Assembly: GCA_020632265.1 (NCBI GenBank)
Contig: JACKFW010000001.1
Span: 983,272-1,047,271, forward strand
DNA from: Pseudomonadales bacterium
GTDB taxonomy: Bacteria; Patescibacteriota; Microgenomatia; UBA1400; PJMF01
Reading direction: 5' to 3'
DNA: 64,000 nt
This document shows positions 30,482-38,339 of this stretch, in pieces (the stretch's first letter is position 1; each line of letters begins with the position of its first letter). Position numbers and translations under genes: made by a program. Below the pieces are notes generated by a model that was not told the DNA's origin, did no database searches, and saw only the letters and a list, made by a program, of their open reading frames with translations.

Positions 30482-33445
30482 TTAGATTAAACCGCTTTTT
30501 TTTAATTCTTCTTTGAGATAGGTTCCAGTAATGGAATTTTTATTATTTGCAATATTGAATGGAGTGCCTTCGGCAATTACTTCGCCTCCACCATCTCCTC
30601 CTTCTGGTCCCAAATCAATTATCCAATCAGAGTTTTTAATGACGTCTAAATTATGTTCTATCAAAATTACCGTGTTGTTTTGATGAGTTAATTGATTTAA
30701 TACTTCCAATAATTTTTTTACATCTTCAAAATGTAATCCGGTAGTTGGTTCGTCTAGAAGATAAACTACATGATCCAAAGTTTTGGTAGATAATTCTTTT
30801 GCAAGTTTAACTCTTTGTGCTTCTCCACCACTAAGGGTTGGAGCTGGTTGGCCAAGTTTAATATATCCTAAGCCAACTTCTTGTAGGGTTTTAATTTTTT
30901 TAATAATTGTGCTTTGATTCTTAAAAAACTCTGCTGCTTCATCGATTGTCATATCCAATACTTGAGAAATATTTTTATTTTTATAATAAACTTCCAAAGT
31001 TTCTTCACTGTAACGTTTGCCATCACACACATCGCAGGTAACATAAACGTCTGGTAAAAATTGCATTTCAATTTTTATTTGTCCATCTCCCTGACAGGTT
31101 TCGCATCTTCCTCCTTTGACATTAAAACTAAATCTACCGGCATTGAATCCTCTGATACGAGCATCTTTTGTGTTTGTGAAGATTTTACGAATATAGTCAA
31201 AAATCTTAGTGTAGGTTGCAGGATTTGATCTAGGTGTTTTGCCAATTGGACTCTGATCAATTAGACTTACCCTTTTAACTTCATCTGGAACTGTAATAGT
31301 GTCTATTGGTCCAGAAATAGTTTTGATTGTTTTACCTAAATGCATTGCAAGATGATTGTATAAAGTGTCATGAAGTAAAGTAGATTTTCCGCTTCCGGAG
31401 ATACCGGTTAGACAGGTAAGTTTACCCAAGGGAAAATCAACGTCTATGTTTTTTAAATTATGTTTCCTTGCACCAGTAATTTTGATTGATGATTTTTGTA
31501 TTGGTTCGTCATCACTTACTATTTTTCGTTCGATAAATTTTTTACGAATTACATCTTTTTTACGACTGAGATATTTTCCAGTGAGTGATTTTTGAGAATT
31601 CATAATATCGTCTGGAGTTCCTTGAGCTACAATTTCACCACCATGTATTCCAGCTTTTGGTCCTATGTCGAGAATGTAGTCTGCGGATATCATTATATCT
31701 CGGTCATGTTCAACCACAATAACAGTATTGCCTTTTTGTTGGAGTTCCTTTAATGTGTCTATCAATTGATGATTATCTCTTTGATGTAAGCCAATAGTTG
31801 GTTCATCTAAAATATATAAAACTCCCGTGAGTCCAGTTCCAATTTGAGATGCCAGTCTGATTCTTTGGGCTTCACCACCGGCTAATGTTGATGCTTCACG
31901 ACTAAGATTTAAATAATTTAAGCCCACCGAGTTTAAAAAACTTAATCTGGAAACAATTTCCTTGAGAATTGATTCCCCAATTAATTTTTCATTTTTACTT
32001 AAATTCTCGCTTTTTGAAAGTAATTTTGCCCATTCAAATGCTTTTTTAATTGGTAATTTGGTAATTTCGGCAATATTTTTTCCTTCAATATATACACTTA
32101 ATGCCTCTGGCTTTAATCTATCGCCATTACATTTTGCACAAATTTGCTTGTGCATATATTGACCGATTTCTTTTCTAATGAAGTCTGAATCAGTTTCGCT
32201 ATATCTTCTTTCTAAGTTTTTGACAAAGCCTTCGAATTGCTCGTGAATTACTGTTTGTCTGCCAAATCTATTTTCACCTTCTACCTTGTAAATTTCATCA
32301 CTGCCAAATAATAAAAGTTCCTGAGCTTCTTTACTCATTTCTTCAAATGGAGTTTTTCTAAAATCATAGCCAGTTTTTTCTACAACAATGCGAACTAATC
32401 TCGACCACCAGGTGTCATTACTCATCATTCTTGCAAAGGGAATAATTGCACCTTCACTTAAAGTTAATGACGGAGCAACAATTTTTTCTATATTTATTTT
32501 TTGCAACGATCCTAATCCATTGCAAGTTTCACAAGCTCCCTGCGGAGAATTAAATGAAAAAAGCCTAGGTTCAATTTCAGATATTGAAATTCCACAGTCG
32601 CTACAAGCTCTTTTTTCACTAAAAAGTTTGTCAGTAAATTGTTTTGGATTTTCAGGAAAATCTAATGAATCATCTTCGATAAATGAGACAATCACTAATC
32701 CATCTGCAAGTTTTAAGGATTCTTCAATAGATTGTGAAATTCTACTCCTTAAAATCTTTCTTTCTTTGATATCCCTAATTTGTTTTTTCGAAACAACCAA
32801 TCGATCTATGAGTGAACTTATGTCATGTTTATTTGTTTTAATTAAGGTCAAATCTTCATCTAGCGAATAGAACCGTCCATCAATTCTTGCTCTTAAGTAA
32901 CCTTTTTTTTGTAAAGAATCAAAAAGACTACTAAATTCACCCTTTTTTTGTTTAATAATTGGAGAAAGAATCATCATTCTTACTGCTGATCCATTAACTT
33001 TGCTTTCTATCTCATTTAAAATTCTACTGACAATTTGGTCAATTGATTGGGTAGCAACTTCGTTTCCGCAGTTTGCGCAATGAGGTCTACCCACTCTGGC
33101 ATACAGTAGTCTTAAGTAATCATATATTTCAGTAATAGTTCCAACGGTTGATCTCGGGTTGTGGGACGTGGTTTTTTGATCAATTGAAATTGCCGGAGAC
33201 AAACCTTCAATTTGGTCGACTTCTGGTTTATGCATGACTCCTAGGAATTGTCTTGCATAGGAACTTAAGGATTCAACATAGCGCCTTTGGCCCTCAGCGT
33301 AGAGAGTATCAAATGCCAATGAACTTTTGCCACTTCCAGAAATGCCGGTGAAAACAATAAGTTTATTTTTTGGGATTTCCACTGAAATATTTTTGAGATT
33401 GTGTTCTTTAGCGCCAGTAATAGTAATTGTGTCTTGAGTGCTCAT
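30482..33445 (-). CDS. uvrA: Excinuclease ABC subunit A
   Basis: Two ABC ATPase modules (GISGSGKSSLA, GVSGSGKSTL), zinc-finger Cys clusters, 987 aa. Confidence 0.92.
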   Translation of the reverse strand: MSTQDTITITGAKEHNLKNISVEIPKNKLIVFTGISGSGKSSLAFDTLYAEGQRRYVESLSSYARQFLGVMHKPEVDQIEGLSPAISIDQKTTSHNPRSTVGTITEIYDYLRLLYARVGRPHCANCGNEVATQSIDQIVSRILNEIESKVNGSAVRMMILSPIIKQKKGEFSSLFDSLQKKGYLRARIDGRFYSLDEDLTLIKTNKHDISSLIDRLVVSKKQIRDIKERKILRSRISQSIEESLKLADGLVIVSFIEDDSLDFPENPKQFTDKLFSEKRACSDCGISISEIEPRLFSFNSPQGACETCNGLGSLQKINIEKIVAPSLTLSEGAIIPFARMMSNDTWWSRLVRIVVEKTGYDFRKTPFEEMSKEAQELLLFGSDEIYKVEGENRFGRQTVIHEQFEGFVKNLERRYSETDSDFIRKEIGQYMHKQICAKCNGDRLKPEALSVYIEGKNIAEITKLPIKKAFEWAKLLSKSENLSKNEKLIGESILKEIVSRLSFLNSVGLNYLNLSREASTLAGGEAQRIRLASQIGTGLTGVLYILDEPTIGLHQRDNHQLIDTLKELQQKGNTVIVVEHDRDIMISADYILDIGPKAGIHGGEIVAQGTPDDIMNSQKSLTGKYLSRKKDVIRKKFIERKIVSDDEPIQKSSIKITGARKHNLKNIDVDFPLGKLTCLTGISGSGKSTLLHDTLYNHLAMHLGKTIKTISGPIDTITVPDEVKRVSLIDQSPIGKTPRSNPATYTKIFDYIRKIFTNTKDARIRGFNAGRFSFNVKGGRCETCQGDGQIKIEMQFLPDVYVTCDVCDGKRYSEETLEVYYKNKNISQVLDMTIDEAAEFFKNQSTIIKKIKTLQEVGLGYIKLGQPAPTLSGGEAQRVKLAKELSTKTLDHVVYLLDEPTTGLHFEDVKKLLEVLNQLTHQNNTVILIEHNLDVIKNSDWIIDLGPEGGDGGGEVIAEGTPFNIANNKNSITGTYLKEELKKSGLI

Positions 33446-33521
33446 TGTAAATTTTTAAATCCTGTCTAAAGTTTTTTCTAATGTTTCCTTTAAAAAATTA
33501 TTGGCTTAATCGAGCAGGTAT

Positions 33522-33535
33522 TATATCGCGATATA
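33522..33535. promoter_or_regulatory. Perfect 14-bp palindrome TATATCGCGATATA about 80 bp upstream of uvrA
   Basis: Seen directly. Its position upstream of an SOS gene in a genome that encodes LexA makes it a candidate operator. No confirmed second copy. Confidence 0.25.
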
Positions 33536-33580
33536 GTTAAATTTTATAGAGTGGGTTCGTAATTTTCTATTTAGGGTTTG

Positions 33581-35890
33581 TTATTTTAGGCTTTTGATAA
33601 CATCCCGAATAATTGCAGCTAATTCGAAATCCATCTCTTTGACAGCCACGCCCATAGATCGTCTAAGTTTTTTAGTGATTTTAACTTTGTCATCAGGAGT
33701 TAGCGCATCGGGATTAATTTTATTTAAATCAATTTGTTCGCCTTTTTTAAGTTGAATAATTACCTTGGGTTTATCTTCTTCTTCAAACAATCCACTCCCC
33801 CTTTTTTTATTTTTTGGTTTATTTTTAATTTTAACCATTTTATCTCTAATAGGTTTGATAATTGTTTCAGGAGTAATATCATGATCTAAATTATGTTTAA
33901 TTTGAACATTTCGTCTTCTAAGAGTTTCTTCAATTGCTTGCTTCATTGATCCAGTGAGTCTATCAGCATATAGAATTGCATGGCCCTCGATATGTCTTGC
34001 GCCTCTACCCATAGTTTGAATCATTGATGTTCTAGATCTTAGAAAACCTTCTTTATCTGCATCTAGAATTGCTACCAATGAAACTTCGGGAAGATCTAAG
34101 CCCTCCCTAAGTAAGTTAATTCCAATTAGAACATCATAATCTCCCCTGCGTAAATCGTCTAAAATATCAGATCGCTCCAAAGTATCGATATCTGAGTGAA
34201 GATAGGCAACTTTAGGGTATTCAATGATTTCTAAATCTACTCTATCAACAGATTTTACAGCTTTTTTAAGATGTGAAAAATATTTTTCTTCAATTTTGCC
34301 AATTTCCATTTTGTTTATTGGAAGTTCTTCTTGTTGCCAAATAGTAATATCAATTTCTTCACCCATCTGAATTGCTTTGTCATTCTTTTTTTGTTTATCT
34401 TTATAGTTTTTAATCAATTGATCAATTTTTTCTTTATCATTTAAATAATCCGTTAGAGCTTCTGACATTTTTTTAGTTAAAGTAGTAACTAGAACTCTTT
34501 GGCCTAGTTTTTTTCTTTTAATAATTTCAACTATCAGATCTTCAATTTGACCAGTCGTAGGTCTTAATTCAATATTTGAGTCAACTAGGCCAGTTGGTCT
34601 AATCAGTTGCTCAACTACTTCATTTCCTGAAAGAAAAATTTCAGTTTCTTTTGGGGTTGCAGAAGCATAAAGTTTTATTTTCGTTTTTTTCATGAATTCA
34701 TCGATTTTTAGAGGTCTATTGTCCAGAGCACTTGGTAATCTAAAGCCGTAATCAATCAATGTTTGTTTTCTTGATTGATCTCCGAGATACATGCCCTTAA
34801 TTTGTGGCAGAGTCATGTGACTTTCATCAATAATAGTTAAAAATGATCCATCAGAAAATTCTTGAGCATTAGCTTCGAAGTAATCAATTAAAGTAAATGG
34901 AGGATCTCCGGGTTTGCGATTGTCAAAATATCTTGAATAGTTTTCGATTCCATTTACAAATCCAAACTCTAGCATTTGATCAAGATCGTAATTAACTTTT
35001 TGTTCCAGTCTGTAGGCTTCAATTATTTTGTTTTGTTTTCTCAGTTCGTCTAACCTTATTTTCAAGTCTTTCTTGATTTCGGCAATTCCATCAGCTTGAG
35101 ATTTTGGATTCATTACATAATGTTTTGCAGGATATATAATGAAACGTTTTTGTTCGGGGTTATAAGTCTTATGAATACTGCCATTGTTTGGTGTGGTGAC
35201 AGTACCACTAATCGGATCAATCCAGGTAATTGATTCAATAGAATTTTCCAGAGTATCAATTCTTAAAGCATTATCCTCGTAAGCTGGCCAAAGCTGAATG
35301 GTGTCGCCACGCACCCTATATGTTCCTCTGACAAATTCAGTTTCTGCCCGATTATATTGAAGATTACCTAATTGCAAAAATAATGTTTCACGAGAAATTA
35401 CTTGTCCAATAACTAGTTCCAATTTATATTTTCCATACTCTACTGGAGAACCCAAGTTGTAGATACAAGAAACTGAAGCAATTACAATACAATCTGGTCT
35501 TGTAAGTAGATTTGTTGTGGAACTTAGACGTAATTTGTCAATTTCATCATTAATAGTGGCCTCTTTTTCGATGTAAGTATCGGTAGTCGGTATATAGGCC
35601 TCTGGTTGATAATAGTCGTAATAGGAAACAAAATAACTTACTGCATTTTCTGGAAAAAAGTCTCTAAACTCTTGATAGAGTTGTGCTGCTAGGGTTTTAT
35701 TATGGGCAATAATTAAAGTTGGTTTTTGAATTTTCTCAATTACTTTAGCCATAGTAAATGTTTTTCCAGAGCCAGTTACACCAAGGAGCGTGATGTGTTT
35801 TTTATTAGCATTAAATTCACTAACAATTTTATTAATTGCTTGTGGTTGATCGCCGGTCGGTTCAAATCTAGATATGACTTTAAATTTCAT
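33581..35890 (-). CDS. uvrB: Excinuclease ABC subunit B, with C-terminal extension ending in a UVR motif
   Basis: EPTGDQPQAI, GVTGSGKTFT, the helicase motifs, and C-terminal MDFELAAIIRDVI. Confidence 0.92.
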   Translation of the reverse strand: MKFKVISRFEPTGDQPQAINKIVSEFNANKKHITLLGVTGSGKTFTMAKVIEKIQKPTLIIAHNKTLAAQLYQEFRDFFPENAVSYFVSYYDYYQPEAYIPTTDTYIEKEATINDEIDKLRLSSTTNLLTRPDCIVIASVSCIYNLGSPVEYGKYKLELVIGQVISRETLFLQLGNLQYNRAETEFVRGTYRVRGDTIQLWPAYEDNALRIDTLENSIESITWIDPISGTVTTPNNGSIHKTYNPEQKRFIIYPAKHYVMNPKSQADGIAEIKKDLKIRLDELRKQNKIIEAYRLEQKVNYDLDQMLEFGFVNGIENYSRYFDNRKPGDPPFTLIDYFEANAQEFSDGSFLTIIDESHMTLPQIKGMYLGDQSRKQTLIDYGFRLPSALDNRPLKIDEFMKKTKIKLYASATPKETEIFLSGNEVVEQLIRPTGLVDSNIELRPTTGQIEDLIVEIIKRKKLGQRVLVTTLTKKMSEALTDYLNDKEKIDQLIKNYKDKQKKNDKAIQMGEEIDITIWQQEELPINKMEIGKIEEKYFSHLKKAVKSVDRVDLEIIEYPKVAYLHSDIDTLERSDILDDLRRGDYDVLIGINLLREGLDLPEVSLVAILDADKEGFLRSRTSMIQTMGRGARHIEGHAILYADRLTGSMKQAIEETLRRRNVQIKHNLDHDITPETIIKPIRDKMVKIKNKPKNKKRGSGLFEEEDKPKVIIQLKKGEQIDLNKINPDALTPDDKVKITKKLRRSMGVAVKEMDFELAAIIRDVIKSLK

Positions 35891-35941
35891 AGGTCATTAT
35901 TATAACCTCAAATAATCATCTTTGCCTGCTATAATTCAGCT

Positions 35942-36709
35942 ATGAAAATAACAGCCATAAAAACTGAAGTAGTTCATATTAATGACGATGCATTTGTTTT
36001 TTTAGATAAATACGTTCCAGCAGATTTAGAAAATAAAGTTTTGGTAGTTACCTCAAAGATATTAGCAATGTTTGAGGGTAGTGTTGTAAAACCTAGTGGT
36101 AAATTTGAGAATCAAAGCCTTGAAAAACATGAGCTTGCTAAAAAAGTTTCAGATTATTACACAGACCCTAATTCTTCAAAGTATAATTTGATGTTAACAA
36201 TTATTCATAATACATTGCTGGTAAATGGCGGAATCGATAGTTCGAACGCACAAGGTCATTACATCCTTTTACCAAAATATCCATATAAATGGGCAGAAAA
36301 CATTTGGAGTCATTTTAGAAAAAAATTTAATTTAAGTAACTTTGGAGTAATAGTAACTGATAGTAAATCTTATCCTCTAAAGTGGGGTTGTGTTGGTACT
36401 GCTTTATCCTATTGTGGTTTTAAAGCATTAAATAATAAAGTGGGCACTAAAGACTTATTTGGAAGAAAAATGGAAATGACCTATGTTGGTGTCGCTGAAA
36501 GCATTGCGATTGCATCAGTTTTGGAAATGGGCGAAGTTGCTGAATCACAACCACTTTGTATTGTTGAAGAAATTAGTCAAATTGAGTTTGTTGATTATGC
36601 ACCAACTCAAAGTGAGATTGAGTTGCTGAAGATCAATATCGAAGATGATGTTTTTGCGCCAATTTTAACAAAGGCCGATTGGAAACAAACTAAAAAAACG
36701 CTAAAATAA
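35942..36709 (+). CDS. CofE/FbiB-like protein (F420-0:gamma-glutamyl ligase family fold)
   Basis: VVTSKILAMFEGSVVK, NGGIDSSNAQGHYILLP and VGVAESIAIASV blocks typical of the CofE family. The substrate here is unknown. Confidence 0.5.
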   Translation: MKITAIKTEVVHINDDAFVFLDKYVPADLENKVLVVTSKILAMFEGSVVKPSGKFENQSLEKHELAKKVSDYYTDPNSSKYNLMLTIIHNTLLVNGGIDSSNAQGHYILLPKYPYKWAENIWSHFRKKFNLSNFGVIVTDSKSYPLKWGCVGTALSYCGFKALNNKVGTKDLFGRKMEMTYVGVAESIAIASVLEMGEVAESQPLCIVEEISQIEFVDYAPTQSEIELLKINIEDDVFAPILTKADWKQTKKTLK

Positions 36710-36712
36710 GAT

Positions 36713-36769
36713 AAATTAGCGAAAATAAAATAAATTAGCTAAAATAAAATAAATTAGCGAAAATAAAAT
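36713..36769 (+). repeat. Tandem direct repeat, 19-bp unit AAATTAGC(G/T)AAAATAAAAT x3
   Basis: Seen directly between the CofE-like stop and the start of the adenosyltransferase gene. Confidence 0.8.
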
Positions 36770-36775
36770 AAATTT

Positions 36776-37345
36776 ATGGGTAAGCTTATTTCGGTTTCAA
36801 CTAAAAAAGGTGACAAAGGTGAAAGCTATCTTATTAATGGAAAAAAAATTTCTAAAAGCAATATAGTTTTTGAAGTTTTAGGAACTTTAGATGAATTGAA
36901 TTCACACTTAGGATTGGTAATAGTAAAAATTCAAGAAAATCCTTCCAAAGAAATAACAAAAAATGTCAAATTTTTATTAGATATTCAACACACACTTTTT
37001 TATCTAGGCGCACAATTAGCTGAATCTCCAAAAGAAAGTTTGAGTGAGTCTCAGTTGTTTAAACTTGAGACAGAAGCCGACAGACTTCAGTTGGAAATGG
37101 CAGATAATTGGATAACTAAATTTGTTTTACCAGGAGGAACTGAGTTAGGTGCTCATATAGATATTGCGAGAACAGTAAGTAGACGTTTGGAGAGATTGAT
37201 TGTAGGATTATCAGAAAAAAAGAGTGTGCCTGAACTCATTTTAAAATATATAAATCGGCTGTCCGACTATTTATTTATTTTGAGATGTTTTATTAATGAT
37301 AAATTGTGTGTCAAAGAGCATTTATTCCAAGTAAAAAAAAGATAA
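36776..37345 (+). CDS. PduO-type ATP:cob(I)alamin adenosyltransferase family (MMAB-like)
   Basis: TKKGDKGESYL, VLGTLDELNSHLG, LFYLGAQLA, LPGGTELGAHIDIARTVSRRLER blocks. Confidence 0.75.
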   Translation: MGKLISVSTKKGDKGESYLINGKKISKSNIVFEVLGTLDELNSHLGLVIVKIQENPSKEITKNVKFLLDIQHTLFYLGAQLAESPKESLSESQLFKLETEADRLQLEMADNWITKFVLPGGTELGAHIDIARTVSRRLERLIVGLSEKKSVPELILKYINRLSDYLFILRCFINDKLCVKEHLFQVKKR

Positions 37346-37438
37346 TTTAATCATATCAATATAATATTAAGGATATCAAAGCATATCTAAAAACAACATT
37401 TTTTGTCTGGTGTATCCACAATTTTTTTTGAGATGTCA

Positions 37439-37469
37439 AATTAGCAGTCATACTAGTTGACTGCTAATT
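37439..37469. terminator. 12-bp perfect inverted repeat hairpin (AATTAGCAGTCA-N7-TGACTGCTAATT) between convergent genes
   Basis: Seen directly; flanked by an A-run on one side and a T-rich run on the other. Likely a bidirectional terminator for the adenosyltransferase gene and lexA. Confidence 0.4.
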
Positions 37470-37497
37470 AATTTTCAGTGCATTTGAATTTGATGTT

Positions 37498-37573
37498 TGA
37501 TAATTAACATTGAAATTGAGTTTTGATAATTAAAATTAAATTTGAGGTTGGATAATTAATATTGAAATTTTCG
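37498..37573 (+). repeat. Tandem direct repeat, about 25-bp unit TGATAATTAA(C/A/T)ATT(G/A)AAATTTGAG, 3 copies; the last overlaps the lexA stop
   Basis: Seen directly. Confidence 0.7.
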
Positions 37574-38176
37574 AATTAGACCCACTACTCTTCCTTGAAT
37601 TTTAACGTTAGTAGCATAAATTGGACTCATACTTGAGTTTGCTGGTTCAAGTCTGATTCTAGTAACTTCTTTATAATATCTTTTTAGAGTAGCTAGACCA
37701 TTATCCAAAAGAGCTACAACTATGTCACCATTATTTACATTATTTGTTTCTTCAATTACCACATAATCATTTTCATCAATGTGATCTTCAATCATCGATT
37801 GTCCTTTAACCTGCAATACGTACGATCTTCTTTTACCGCTAATCATTTCTGGCGAAACTTTAAAACTTGCGTTGGGATCAATGTGAGGTTCAATTGGTGA
37901 TCCAGCTGCTATAAAACCTAAAAATGGAAGATCAATACTTTCTGACATTTTAATGAATGTTCGATCTAAAAGTTCGATGCCACGTACTGCCCCATCATGT
38001 TTTCTTATGACTTTTTTTCTTACTAATGCTTGAAGATGTTCGTGAACTGTAGCTAAAGAAGAAACTCCAATTGAGCTTGCAATTTCTTTTAGAGTTGGCG
38101 AATAACCATTTTTTTGGATGTATTGAGCAATGAAATCAACTATTTGTCTTTGTCTTTTATATAGTGTTATTGCCAT
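37556..38176 (-). CDS. lexA: LexA repressor
   Basis: N-terminal wHTH (LTKRQRQIVDFI...SPTLKEIA), autocleavage region, S24 peptidase domain with Ser (VKGQSM) and Lys (RLEPAN...) context; 206 aa. Confidence 0.85.
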   Translation of the reverse strand: MAITLYKRQRQIVDFIAQYIQKNGYSPTLKEIASSIGVSSLATVHEHLQALVRKKVIRKHDGAVRGIELLDRTFIKMSESIDLPFLGFIAAGSPIEPHIDPNASFKVSPEMISGKRRSYVLQVKGQSMIEDHIDENDYVVIEETNNVNNGDIVVALLDNGLATLKRYYKEVTRIRLEPANSSMSPIYATNVKIQGRVVGLIRKFQY

Positions 38177-38339
38177 AAATATCCTTTTTAAATAATATTA
38201 CTTTAATAATTGTTAGGGCGTACTTATCCCGAAGTGAATACAGCATAACCGAAGTTAGTACGAATAGACAACTAGAACTTAATATAACTTAGTATATCAA
38301 TATTGAATAAATAACAAATTTTTGAATATTATGGATAAT

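Noticed and set aside
38177-38339. Cheo-box (GAAC-N4-GTTC) or CTGT-N8-ACAG LexA operator upstream of lexA
   Set aside because: Neither consensus is present. Only an imperfect TATATCAATATTGAATA palindrome was seen, reported separately as low confidence.
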